Part shown: one piece after another, positions 38,600 to 48,706 of the stretch
How positions within the stretch are numbered: position 1 is the first letter of the stretch
How the letters are laid out: each line of letters opens with the position of its first letter
Made by a program: the position numbers and the translations under genes
DNA from: Bacteroidota bacterium
GTDB lineage: Bacteria > Bacteroidota > Bacteroidia > Bacteroidales > JABHKC01
Length of the DNA stretch: 64,000 nt
Direction: 5' to 3'
Assembly: GCA_018692315.1 (NCBI GenBank)
Contig: JABHKC010000023.1
Coordinates: 5,959-69,958, forward strand
Notes under the pieces: model-generated
What the model was told of the DNA's origin: nothing
Seen by the model: only the letters and a program-made list of their open reading frames with translations
The model's database searches: none

Positions 38600-39374
38600 A
38601 ATTTTGAGATTTACTTATTGAGACAATTTTTTTTATAATTTCTATATCAGTAATTAATTTTTCGTAATCTTTAATTTTGTCAGTGCTGCTCAGAAGTACA
38701 TTGTTGTTGCGAAAATACATCTGGCTTTCAGTTTTTTTGCTGCCTGTGAGATGAAAACTTTGTGCTTTGGTTTTCTCCATCAATTCAGTGAAATTGTTTA
38801 ATTTTATTCCTGAACCGGGCATAATTTCTATTTTGTCATTTGCTTTTGAAATTAGCTTTTTAATTAAATCTGCACCTTCAAGAGCTGTCTGTTTTTGTCC
38901 GGAAGTAAGCAAACGATCAATTTTGAGTTCAATCAGTTGGTCGAGAGCCTCAAACGGTTCGGCACACATATCGAATGCACGATGAAAAACAACTTCCATA
39001 GGCTTGGCTAATTTTATTAGCTCATCAGTCCTTTTCATATCAACAAATCCATTTTTGTTAAGGACTCCTATGACAACACCATCGGCTTTTAGTTTTTTTG
39101 CCATCAGGATGTCTTCTTTCATGGTTTCAAATTCTATTTCATTATATAAAAAATCGCCACCTCTTGGTCTTATTAGAATGCACAAGTCAATTTCCAAATT
39201 TTTTCTTGCAAGCACAATGCTGCCTGCACTGGGAGTTGTACCACCTTCAATTATATTGTCGCAAAACTCAATACGTTTGGCTCCTGCCTCTTGAGCCACA
39301 ATTGCAGACTCTACCGATATTGCACAAACTTCTATTGTAATTTCATTTTCATTTAAGTTTCTATATTTTTGCAT
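38586..39374 (-). CDS. cutC: copper homeostasis protein CutC family
   Basis: IEVCAISVESAIVAQEAGAKRIEFC..GGTTPS is typical of CutC. Its stop overlaps the sirtuin start by 14 nt. Confidence 0.85.
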   Translation of the reverse strand: MQKYRNLNENEITIEVCAISVESAIVAQEAGAKRIEFCDNIIEGGTTPSAGSIVLARKNLEIDLCILIRPRGGDFLYNEIEFETMKEDILMAKKLKADGVVIGVLNKNGFVDMKRTDELIKLAKPMEVVFHRAFDMCAEPFEALDQLIELKIDRLLTSGQKQTALEGADLIKKLISKANDKIEIMPGSGIKLNNFTELMEKTKAQSFHLTGSKKTESQMYFRNNNVLLSSTDKIKDYEKLITDIEIIKKIVSISKSQNYDFK

Positions 39375-39466
39375 AATTAACTATTGTGCTAAGCTTTTTA
39401 ATAATAAGTAAGATGTTATGTATTTCATCTTACATCTTATGTTTTATATTTGGCGAAATTCTGGAT

Positions 39467-40576
39467 TCAAACTGCTGCTGGTATTGTAAAATAAAACTTT
39501 GAACCTTTTCCTTCTTCGCTTTCTGTCCAAATTTCCCCCCCATGTGTTTTTACAAATTCTTTGCAAAGCATTAAACCAAGTCCACTACCCATTTCATTTT
39601 CAGTTCCTTTTGTCGAATTATGTTTTGCTATTTCAAACAATTGCGATATTTTTTCAGAAGAAATCCCTATCCCAGTATCCTCAACAAAAATTTCTATATA
39701 TGCTTGATTATTTTCATCTGAAATTGGTTTTGCATTTATGCTTATTTCCCCTCCTTTGTGCGTATATTTAATAGCATTTGAAATTAAATTACGCAGGATA
39801 GTTGACAACATGTTTTTATCTGCATTTACAAAAATATCTTCCGACACTTTATTTATCAAGCTTATTGATTTTTTTATAGCTAACTGATTTAAGAGTTCAA
39901 CGGCTTCAATTGATAACAAATTCAGCTTTTCTTTTTTTGGATTAAATTTGATAATCCCTCTTTGTGTATGAGACCATAACAACAAGTTTTCAAGTAATTT
40001 ATATACTTTTTGTACGCCTTGATGTACGTAAGAAATGAAATCTTTTCTTTCGGCAACATCATATTGGTCATATTCATTTATTAGTAATTCTAAAAATCCT
40101 AGCATCGTGGAGAATGGACTTTTCAAATCGTGTGCAATTATTGAGAAGAATTTATCTTTGGTAGTATTTAATGCTTTGATTTCTTTAAAGCTATCTGATA
40201 GTTTCAGCATGGAATTAACCCGTGCAGATAATTCAATTTTATCTATTGGTTTTCGAATATAATCAACTGCTCCTGCTTCTAATGCTGTTTTTAAATTCTT
40301 AGGAGATGTCATTACTCCAGTTGCCATAATAACAGGGATGTTTTTTGTTGATTCCTGACTCTTTAAATATTTTATAGTTTCAATACCATTCATTATTGGC
40401 ATTTTCCAGTCAGTAATTATTAAATCCGGAAGTCGCTTCATTGCGAGCTTACATGCAACATCTCCATTTGGGGCTTTTAAAATTGTATATCCAATATCCG
40501 ATTCTTTCAGGTAATCAACTAAAGTTTTCAAGTTGTCCGGCTTGTCATCAACAACAAGAATCGTATATTGTTTCAT
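39467..40576 (-). CDS. hybrid receiver-histidine kinase (N-terminal REC + HisKA + HATPase)
   Basis: REC (ILVVDDKPDN..DLIITDWKMP), H-box FFSIIAHDLKSPFSTMLGF, and N/G boxes. Confidence 0.85.
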   Translation of the reverse strand: MKQYTILVVDDKPDNLKTLVDYLKESDIGYTILKAPNGDVACKLAMKRLPDLIITDWKMPIMNGIETIKYLKSQESTKNIPVIMATGVMTSPKNLKTALEAGAVDYIRKPIDKIELSARVNSMLKLSDSFKEIKALNTTKDKFFSIIAHDLKSPFSTMLGFLELLINEYDQYDVAERKDFISYVHQGVQKVYKLLENLLLWSHTQRGIIKFNPKKEKLNLLSIEAVELLNQLAIKKSISLINKVSEDIFVNADKNMLSTILRNLISNAIKYTHKGGEISINAKPISDENNQAYIEIFVEDTGIGISSEKISQLFEIAKHNSTKGTENEMGSGLGLMLCKEFVKTHGGEIWTESEEGKGSKFYFTIPAAV

Positions 40577-40609
40577 GTTTTTATTGTTAAAAAAATAATA
40601 TTTCTAAAG

Positions 40610-43054
40610 TTAATCAATCATTTTAATCAAACTCAAATACTTCTCTTGATTAAGACCGTAAAGAGCATTATCAATTTCTTCCTTCCATTTTGTCAGCCCT
40701 ATAGTTTTACTAAAATCAATTTGCTCCAAAATTTCTTCTATATCACTAAACTCAAAAACTTCATATTTCCTAAATTCTATTTGGAAAGGTACTAAAATAT
40801 TTTTATCTTTTTGTGTTAATTCAATATTTTTTTCTTCAGGAAGACTTTTCTTAATGCTAATATCTACATCTTCTTGCTTACCTAAGGGTAATGTAAACCA
40901 AATAGTTGTTCCTGTTCCAACTTCCGATTCAAGCCCGATTTCGCCGCCGTGTGCTTCTACAAAAAGTTTACAAAAAGTTAGCCCTATTCCAGTAGAAGCA
41001 GTTAAGCCGGAATTTCTCGATAACACTTGTTCAAACTTACCAAATACTTTATCTAATTTGTCCGGTGGTATTCCTTCACCGGTATCAGTAATTTTTATTT
41101 GAATCAAATCTGAAGACTCTTTAAATGATTCAAGTATTATATTTCCATTGTTTGGTGTGTATTTAATTGCATTTGTAAGGATATTTACAAATACTCGTTC
41201 AACAATTTCTTTATCAATAAGAACATTATAATTTTGAAGATAGTTCTTGATTGTTATGTTTTTCTCAATGTAGAGTAAATTTATTTGTTGCAATGCCGAT
41301 TCTGAAATAAGATTTAATGAACAATTCGATTTTTTTAGTTGAATTTTGGCATTTTCATATTTCTGAACATCTAGAATATTTGTTACCATATTTAGCATTT
41401 GCTTTCCAGACTGTTCTACTATTGGATTTTCTGACAAACCTATTATTGAATTTAGAGGATTCTTTAGGTCGTGAACAATCATTCCGGTCATCTCTTCTTT
41501 GAATTCGTCGAGTTCTTTTAATTTTTCGTTTGCGTATTCTAATTGTTCAGACTGAGAGCGTATTTCTTCATTCTTGGTAATTAACTCGTTGTTTTTATTC
41601 TCAATTTCTGTTTTTTGTGAGGCAAGAATGCGATTTGCTTTACGTTTTTGCAGAAAACTACGCATGACTACTACAATTACTAAAACCATTAAGCCAATAG
41701 CAGCCATCAGATAGTTTCTTATAGCTTGCTTTCGCCTTGCCTCTTCTGCCTGAATTGCATCCTTTTTTTTCTGCTCAGCCTCAATTGCTTGCTTTTCTTT
41801 ATCAAATTCATATTGTTTTTCGAGACTTGTAATTTCAGCAATATTATTTTCGTTGATAAGGCTATCAGCATAAAGTTTAAACAATACATGACTTTCCAAT
41901 GCCTTTCGATAATCAGTTTTTGCTAAATATATTTCGTAGAATAGATTTTGAACTTCCATTTTTCTATTCAACTCCCCAATTTCATTTGCAATATCGAGTG
42001 CAAGATATGCATATTTTAATGCTTTATGATAATTTTCAGCTTTAAGATATACACCGCTTATATTCTGATAACTTAAACTAAGATTTGGTTTGTCATCGAT
42101 TTCTTGACTTATTTCTAATGCTTTTTCATAATATTCTGCAGAAAGAGAATAATCTTCCCGATTGAAATATACCACACCAATATTTGTTAAACATTGTGAA
42201 ATGTTACGTTTGTTGCCTAGCTTTTTATATATCTTTAATGTTCTGGTCCAATACTCAAGGGCTTGCGTTAAATCTTCCATATGAAAATAAACTGCACCTA
42301 TATTCATTAAGCATTTAGAGACTTCTTCCAAGTTGTCAATTTCTTCATTTGTACTCAAGGCTCTTTTTAAATAATTTAAAGCTTTATCATATTCTCCCTG
42401 ATTTGTAAATATAATTCCAATATTATTCTCGCATTTTGCAATTTCAATTTTATCATTCAAATCCTCGTATATTTTCATTGCTTTTTGATAATATTTGACT
42501 GCATTCGGGTAATTTCCTTGTCGCCAAAAGACAATACCTAAATTTGTAAACGCAGAAGCAATTCCGTTTTTGTAGTTAATTTTCTCAAAATTTTTCAAGG
42601 ATTTATCAAAGCAATCTAATGCTTCTTTATAATTTCCCTTTTCAGAACTCATCTGTCCCAAAAAATTGTAGCCTTTCCCAATCACCTTATCAAAACCCTC
42701 TTTTTTGCTGATTTCCAAAGAGTTTTGAACGTACTTTGTTGCTGTTGGGAAATCCGACATATAATAATAATAGCTGCCACAATATATTAAACTCAAAGCC
42801 TCTCCTTTCTTATAATCCAGTTGATCTGAAAGTGTTTTGGCTTCTTCTGCACACTTTAGTTTTTTTTCAGCATCCTGACGAAAATATTCATTAGCGAGTT
42901 CATTTAGAAGGTTTACTCTAATGGTGTCTTTTGTTGTGTGTTTTTGCAACAAGTTTTCAAGACTGTCAATTTCTGTTGTTTGTGCATTCAATTCTGTTAA
43001 AATAAAACCACTAAAAAGTATTACAAGAATTAATATAAATTTTTTCATCAACAT
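40610..43054 (-). CDS. TPR-repeat sensor histidine kinase with a ~110-aa C-terminal extension
   Basis: Signal peptide, about 8 TPR units, a TM segment, a coiled coil, H-box IVHDLKNPLNSIIG, HATPase, then an unassigned tail. Confidence 0.8.
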   Translation of the reverse strand: MLMKKFILILVILFSGFILTELNAQTTEIDSLENLLQKHTTKDTIRVNLLNELANEYFRQDAEKKLKCAEEAKTLSDQLDYKKGEALSLIYCGSYYYYMSDFPTATKYVQNSLEISKKEGFDKVIGKGYNFLGQMSSEKGNYKEALDCFDKSLKNFEKINYKNGIASAFTNLGIVFWRQGNYPNAVKYYQKAMKIYEDLNDKIEIAKCENNIGIIFTNQGEYDKALNYLKRALSTNEEIDNLEEVSKCLMNIGAVYFHMEDLTQALEYWTRTLKIYKKLGNKRNISQCLTNIGVVYFNREDYSLSAEYYEKALEISQEIDDKPNLSLSYQNISGVYLKAENYHKALKYAYLALDIANEIGELNRKMEVQNLFYEIYLAKTDYRKALESHVLFKLYADSLINENNIAEITSLEKQYEFDKEKQAIEAEQKKKDAIQAEEARRKQAIRNYLMAAIGLMVLVIVVVMRSFLQKRKANRILASQKTEIENKNNELITKNEEIRSQSEQLEYANEKLKELDEFKEEMTGMIVHDLKNPLNSIIGLSENPIVEQSGKQMLNMVTNILDVQKYENAKIQLKKSNCSLNLISESALQQINLLYIEKNITIKNYLQNYNVLIDKEIVERVFVNILTNAIKYTPNNGNIILESFKESSDLIQIKITDTGEGIPPDKLDKVFGKFEQVLSRNSGLTASTGIGLTFCKLFVEAHGGEIGLESEVGTGTTIWFTLPLGKQEDVDISIKKSLPEEKNIELTQKDKNILVPFQIEFRKYEVFEFSDIEEILEQIDFSKTIGLTKWKEEIDNALYGLNQEKYLSLIKMID

Positions 43055-43130
43055 AAATTTAAGTTAAATTAAACAAATTTACTAAAAGTTTTCGCAGAAT
43101 ATTGCTATTTCAATTATTATATCCCCAAAA

Positions 43131-43274
43131 CTGATTTAGCACCATAAATCCGCAAGCGGATTCTCCTTATCCACGAATTATGCGAATTTCACTAATTTTT
43201 TAATCACTTTATTGAGTTGTGACAGGAATGTACAATTTTCTGATTTATTGCACTAATATTAATCCTTGCGGATT
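43131..43274. repeat. two degenerate ~35-nt direct repeats, each ending in an AATCC..GGATT palindrome
   Basis: ctgatttagcaccataaatccgcaagcggatt (43131-43162) and ctgatttattgcactaatattaatccttgcggatt (43240-43274). Confidence 0.7.
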
Positions 43275-43304
43275 TTAGGCAACACATCAGATTAGAAATT
43301 TATA

Positions 43305-45563
43305 TCACTTTTCTGAATGTTTGAGTTTTAAGGCTTGATCATTTTTTTGACTTAAAACTAAAGGAGTCTGAATAGTAAAATGAACTCCTTTTTCTAATTT
43401 GCTTTCAAGATGAACAGAGCCATTTAGTTTTTGTATCAGCAAATTATAAACAATATGAAGTCCCAAACCACTGCCAAGTTGTTTGTTTGTTGTGAAAAAT
43501 GGATCGAAAACTTTTGATATGATATCTTCTGAAATTCCTTGACCGTTGTCTAAATATTCAATTGTCAATAAACCTTTATTTTCTGTTGCTCTGATTTCTA
43601 TCTGTCCGGAATCATTTTCTTTGAATCCATGGATTAGTGAATTTGTAATGAAATTTGTAATGATCTGTGCAAAGGCATCCTGAAAACTATTTACAATGAT
43701 ATTTTCAGGACAGCTTATTTTTATATCAACAGGCTTTTCCTGAAGTTTTGGTTCGAGGCTTGCAATCACATTATTGATATACGATTTCAAATTGAATTCC
43801 TGAATATCTTCTGCTGCCTGATTTACTGACACTTGTTTGAAATTCTGAACTAATTTGCCTGTTCTTTTCAAATTGGCAAAAATCAAATTCCCTGCTTTAA
43901 GAGTTGAATTAATAAAAGCTTCCAATTCGCTCTTTTTCATTTTCTTACTTTTGTAAAGCTCCGAAAAATCTTGTGCTTTATTAATTAATGATGATGAAGC
44001 AGAAATGCCATTCCCAACAGGTGTATTTATTTCGTGAGCAACACCTGCTACTAAATTTCCAAGCGAAGCCATCTTTTTCGACTCAACTAATTGTTCTTGT
44101 GTATTCTCAAGCTCTTGCAGGCTTGTATGTATTTTTTTGTTTTGATTTTCAATTTCATCTTTTTGGGATGTAACTTCCTCCACAAGTTGATTTAGTTCTT
44201 CATTTTTTTGAGATATTTTTCTCTTTTGTTTTTCTATTTCATCTTTTTGTTTTCGGGTATTTCTCAGATTACGGTAGATCATCAAAACTATCAGTGCCAT
44301 CGCTATAAATACAATGATTGAAGACAAAATTGTGATATTACGGATTTTTATATTTAAGGCTACTTTCTGATCTTTTGCTTGCTGTTCAATCATAAATATT
44401 CGTCTGTTTACTTCAGATTTATGTCTGATACTGTTTAGTTCTCCAACATTTATTGCACGCTCCAATTCTTTTAATTTATCAGCTTTTTCCACTTCATCTC
44501 GTATTTGAATATATTTCTTTAATGTTTCAAATGCCATGCTTTTATTGCCCAATTTGGAATATATAATACTTGCTTGTAGATAAATGTCTAATTTAGTATA
44601 ATTACTTAGGATATTTATAAATTTATCAAATATTTCATTATAAAGTTTTGCGGCGGAAATATACATTTCCTTTTTTTCTAATATTTTCGCTTGGTAGGAC
44701 AGCATTAACCCGGCTCTCTTTGGTTTCCCAATTTCAATAAACAATTTATAACTTTTGTCTAAATAATAAAGAGCAGTATCGTACTCTTTTGCATTCGAAT
44801 AGGCATATGAGAGATATCTATATCCTTCAGCCAATCTGCTTTTATTGTCCATTCCTTTATAATATTCAATGAATTTTTTCTGATAATAGATGGATGAATC
44901 TTTTTTATTCAGACTTGCATAATTAATCCCTAACCACATGAAAAATTCATGGACATTTATTCTTCCATCTTTTTGATCATAAGCTAAGCCTTTTTGTAAT
45001 ATTTCGAGAGATTTGTCAATTTTATTTATGTTATAAAGCTGATATCCAGATTTCTTATAAAATTGTAATCTCAATTTAGTAAAGGACGAATCGACATTAT
45101 CCAACGCTTTTTCTGTTTCAAGAAGACTAACAATATAACCTATTGTGTCGCCCACATCAAATTGCAAATTCTTTAGAGCCTGATTTGCTTTTACTAATGA
45201 ATAACTTAAGTCATGTTTTTTTGAAAAATCTATTCCTTTTTTTAGATGTTTATAACTTTCTGTAATAGAAAGTCCCACTTTTTTGTATAAGATAATTCCA
45301 TAGAATTTACCGAGAAGTTTATCATTCTTGATTTTATGAAGATATTCGATATGAGAAATAATTATTTTTTGTTTTTCTTCAATACCAAACTCCGATGACT
45401 TAATAATTCTAAGAGCAGAATTTTGCTTTGTTGTTGCAGAAGAACTGTCAGCATTGTATATCTTAAGTTCTTCAAATAGTTTGCTTTGCTTTTGTGCAAC
45501 TATAAAATTGTGTATGAAAAGCAGGAGAAAAAAAAGGGTTCTAATTTTCATTGGATTATTCAT
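43305..45563 (-). CDS. TPR-like sensor histidine kinase
   Basis: Signal peptide, helical-repeat sensor region, a TM segment, a coiled coil, H-box VAGVAHEINTPVG, and HATPase (GSGLGLHIV). Confidence 0.8.
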   Translation of the reverse strand: MNNPMKIRTLFFLLLFIHNFIVAQKQSKLFEELKIYNADSSSATTKQNSALRIIKSSEFGIEEKQKIIISHIEYLHKIKNDKLLGKFYGIILYKKVGLSITESYKHLKKGIDFSKKHDLSYSLVKANQALKNLQFDVGDTIGYIVSLLETEKALDNVDSSFTKLRLQFYKKSGYQLYNINKIDKSLEILQKGLAYDQKDGRINVHEFFMWLGINYASLNKKDSSIYYQKKFIEYYKGMDNKSRLAEGYRYLSYAYSNAKEYDTALYYLDKSYKLFIEIGKPKRAGLMLSYQAKILEKKEMYISAAKLYNEIFDKFINILSNYTKLDIYLQASIIYSKLGNKSMAFETLKKYIQIRDEVEKADKLKELERAINVGELNSIRHKSEVNRRIFMIEQQAKDQKVALNIKIRNITILSSIIVFIAMALIVLMIYRNLRNTRKQKDEIEKQKRKISQKNEELNQLVEEVTSQKDEIENQNKKIHTSLQELENTQEQLVESKKMASLGNLVAGVAHEINTPVGNGISASSSLINKAQDFSELYKSKKMKKSELEAFINSTLKAGNLIFANLKRTGKLVQNFKQVSVNQAAEDIQEFNLKSYINNVIASLEPKLQEKPVDIKISCPENIIVNSFQDAFAQIITNFITNSLIHGFKENDSGQIEIRATENKGLLTIEYLDNGQGISEDIISKVFDPFFTTNKQLGSGLGLHIVYNLLIQKLNGSVHLESKLEKGVHFTIQTPLVLSQKNDQALKLKHSEK

Positions 45564-45595
45564 TAATATAAGTTTTTTTAATCACACAAATTAAG

Positions 45596-46891
45596 TTACA
45601 AAACTACCTTTTCAGGCCAGGGATTGAATTTTGATGTTCCCCAAAGTTTATTAATATAATCAATTGAAAAAAAGTCTTCAAATGCATGAATCCAATATGT
45701 ACCTTTATCAGATAATGTAATCTGATCTTCTCCATTTTTGAGAAAGCCTATTCGGTTCAACATTCTCATTTGTCTTCCATACTTTTCATCAAAACTTGCA
45801 TTGAATCTATAATTGAAATCGCTCTTTTCGAATTTTGTTTCATAAATTCTCCAATAGAGCCATCCGGCCATCTGCATTTCTTCATGCAAATCTACAGAAA
45901 GTGCAATAGGAGATTTCCCTTTTTCAATGGCTTGAATATATTCAGAAACATTAAAAGTATTCACGTAAAAAGTATCTTTTAAATATGAACTCCCGCTGGC
46001 TCCCAGTCCAAGATAAGAAGGAACAGTTACCGAACAATATTTATCTATTCCACTTTTTGTAAAAGCCCAGACAGACGATCGGTCGAATCCTGAATCATAA
46101 AAAATATTCTCTAAAATTTTCAATAGTTTTCTTCTTCGGAACATGGTGCCAATTGCTGTTCCATTATTTTGAGCTTCTCTGCCCAATCGTGTGTAGGGAA
46201 ATCTGAACAATGGATAAGTTGCTACTTGCTGAATTCCAAGTTTTACCATCTCTCTACCAGCCTCCTCAACCTCCTTTATAGTTTGCCCGGGCAAATCGAA
46301 AATGTAATCTATGTTTACACACTCAAAATTTCTACCTGCTGCTCTTTCAACATTCCTTTTTACTTCTAAAACTGTGTATGGCCTTTCAATTGCTTTGAGG
46401 TGTCGATCTTGAAGTGCCTCAACTCCAATGCTCAAATATTTTACTCCCAGTGCCTCTATGGCGTTCAGATTTTCTTTTGTCAAATGATTGGGATGACTTT
46501 CCATATGAACTCTGCATTGCATATTAAAACGTTTGTACAGGTGATTGATTATTTCTTCAATACCATTCCCAAGCATTGTGGTAGGCGTGCCACCACCGAT
46601 ATACATATTTGTTATAGGTTTATCTGATAATAGAGGTGCATAAAAATCTATTTCTTTTTTCAGTGCATTAGTATAATTTCGACTTGCTTCCTCACTGAAA
46701 ATTTCTTTATTATAAGGGCAATACGGACAAATCTGGTCGCAAAATGGAATGTGCAGATATACTCCCAATTCTTCAATATTTTTAATATTTTCTTCAATAA
46801 CACTATTCTCAGGAATACTATTTCTAAATAATATTTGTTCATTGCCGGTAAAGTATTTGCTTATTTTTTTTCTTAAAAGATCAGAAAGCAT
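45596..46891 (-). CDS. HemN-like radical SAM protein (class-C methyltransferase / HemW-HutW type, not canonical HemN)
   Basis: 431 aa with LHIPFCDQICPYCPY (CxxxCxxC, no fourth Cys), GGGTPT, and a HemN_C-like C-terminal domain. Confidence 0.8.
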   Translation of the reverse strand: MLSDLLRKKISKYFTGNEQILFRNSIPENSVIEENIKNIEELGVYLHIPFCDQICPYCPYNKEIFSEEASRNYTNALKKEIDFYAPLLSDKPITNMYIGGGTPTTMLGNGIEEIINHLYKRFNMQCRVHMESHPNHLTKENLNAIEALGVKYLSIGVEALQDRHLKAIERPYTVLEVKRNVERAAGRNFECVNIDYIFDLPGQTIKEVEEAGREMVKLGIQQVATYPLFRFPYTRLGREAQNNGTAIGTMFRRRKLLKILENIFYDSGFDRSSVWAFTKSGIDKYCSVTVPSYLGLGASGSSYLKDTFYVNTFNVSEYIQAIEKGKSPIALSVDLHEEMQMAGWLYWRIYETKFEKSDFNYRFNASFDEKYGRQMRMLNRIGFLKNGEDQITLSDKGTYWIHAFEDFFSIDYINKLWGTSKFNPWPEKVVL

Positions 46892-46953
46892 AGTTATTTT
46901 GTTGGTTAATTTTTCTAAAAATATATAAATCTAAAAGCATATTATTTAAATAG

Positions 46954-47838
46954 TTAGAAATATTTAAGTGCATTTAGTATTGCTCCCGGTTTTAATTTCA
47001 GAGTTTGATCGATCTCGGCATAACTTAAATAGCCACATTCTTCACATAACTTGGTATTGTGGCTTTCTCTACAGCAGTTATAATACTTTCCGTCCTCATA
47101 AACTTTGCAAAGAGTCAAATTTTTCTTCCAGTCGTTACGGATAGCTGATTTTAGTCCTGCTGTTGAATTTAGAATTTTATACTGTTTTTTAAGTTTCAAC
47201 AACTGTTGCAAGATTTCCTTTTTTGTTGAAACATCAATATTTAGCTCATCATGTCCATAATACGGTGTGTGGAAATAGAAGAATGTCCCTTTTATTTGTG
47301 GGACTTTGTCAATAAACTCACAAAAGTCAGAAAGCTCAGTTTTATTCACTGAATTTATCGTGAAGTTAATATACAAGGATGAATGTTGAGACAGTTCAAT
47401 ATTATTTAATATTCGCTCAAATGATTTTCCTCTCAGAGAATCATGCGTATTACTTAATCCATCAACGCTAACAAATATTGTATCTGCGGCAGATTCTAAA
47501 GTGCGAGTGCCATTTGTGTATATGATAACTGCAAAAAATCCTTTTTTCTTGGCATATTTTACAATATCTTCCATTGTATTTTCATTGTCATTCCAAATAA
47601 ATGGTTCTCCGCCTTCTAAGTAAAGACATCTTCCGCCTTCAGAATAATATGAATCAATAACATTTACAGCTTCAATAAAACTCATGCTTGCTTGCTGCCT
47701 GTCAACTACTGTGCAATGTCGGCATCTTAAGTTACATTTATTGTGAAGAACAAGTCCACAGATAAGTGGTTTGGTTTTTCCAAGAAACCAATAATTAATT
47801 AAATACCTTATTCCATAAATCATATGTTTCATAAGCAC
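46954..47838 (-). CDS. radical SAM protein with a Cys-rich C-terminal tail (possible auxiliary Fe-S cluster)
   Basis: 294 aa with CNLRCRHC, YLEGGEPF, and C-terminal LCKVYEDGKYYNCCRESHNTKLCEECGY. Confidence 0.75.
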   Translation of the reverse strand: MLMKHMIYGIRYLINYWFLGKTKPLICGLVLHNKCNLRCRHCTVVDRQQASMSFIEAVNVIDSYYSEGGRCLYLEGGEPFIWNDNENTMEDIVKYAKKKGFFAVIIYTNGTRTLESAADTIFVSVDGLSNTHDSLRGKSFERILNNIELSQHSSLYINFTINSVNKTELSDFCEFIDKVPQIKGTFFYFHTPYYGHDELNIDVSTKKEILQQLLKLKKQYKILNSTAGLKSAIRNDWKKNLTLCKVYEDGKYYNCCRESHNTKLCEECGYLSYAEIDQTLKLKPGAILNALKYF

Positions 47839-47847
47839 CGATTTATT

Positions 47848-48618
47848 TTACTTACCATTTTTTACCAAAATGCTTGTTAATTTTACTACCAGCTTTCTTG
47901 GCAAAAATCTAACAAGAAACACTTGCAGCTTATTACTCATTCCTGGCACAACAACTCTTTTGCCCTTCATCAATGAATTGTATCCAATTTTTGCTACTTC
48001 AGAAGCTTTCATAATTGGAAATAAAACTGACTCTTTCCTATCATCAAAATTCTGAAAATTTGTTTTCGTCCCGCTCGGGCATAAGGCTGTAACTGCAATT
48101 CCAAATTCTGCCACCTCCTCGGCAATAGCTTCCGAAAAACTCAGGACAAAGCTTTTAGCTGCACAATAAATAGCATTATTAGGGCCAGGTACAAAAGAAC
48201 CGGTTGAGCAAATATTGAGAATTCCGCCTTTTTTAGATTTGCACATCTGCGGCAGTAACAACTTTGTAATCTTAGTATGATTTAGGCACTGCAATTGTAC
48301 AAGTTCATGTTCCTTCTCCCACAATGTTTCAACAAAGGCTCCTTTCACATAGAAACCAGCATTATTGACAAGATAGTTAACATGAATTCCCTTTTCACTG
48401 ACTAAGCCAAAAATTGCATCGGCTGCATTAGGATGGCTTAAATCCTGCGAAATTAGAACTGTTTCAACATTATAGTCAGCTTTTAGAATTTCAGCCAATT
48501 GCAATAATTTTTGATACTGTCTGGCAACAAGAATTAAATTATGACCATTTTTTGCAAATTGAAATGCTAATTCATAACCTATTCCACTTGATGCTCCAGT
48601 TATCAAAGTATAATTCAT
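47848..48618 (-). CDS. classical short-chain dehydrogenase/reductase
   Basis: TGASSGIG, NNAG and YCAAK. Start placed at the ATG at 48618 (MNYTLITGASSGIG). The track ORF extends to 48657. Confidence 0.85.
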   Translation of the reverse strand: MNYTLITGASSGIGYELAFQFAKNGHNLILVARQYQKLLQLAEILKADYNVETVLISQDLSHPNAADAIFGLVSEKGIHVNYLVNNAGFYVKGAFVETLWEKEHELVQLQCLNHTKITKLLLPQMCKSKKGGILNICSTGSFVPGPNNAIYCAAKSFVLSFSEAIAEEVAEFGIAVTALCPSGTKTNFQNFDDRKESVLFPIMKASEVAKIGYNSLMKGKRVVVPGMSNKLQVFLVRFLPRKLVVKLTSILVKNGK

Positions 48619-48706
48619 ATATTTAAATAAAAATCTAAATATACGAAAATCAAACAAAATATCAAGTTTTCAATTCAACAACTAAAAAGCAGATATGGTT
48701 TTGAAT

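Noticed and set aside
45596-46891. Calling the HemN-like protein oxygen-independent coproporphyrinogen III oxidase (hemN).
   Set aside because: The fourth Cys of the HemN CxxxCxxCxC motif is absent (CDQICPYCPY), and the neighbours are not heme-biosynthesis genes. I kept it as a generic HemN-like radical-SAM protein.
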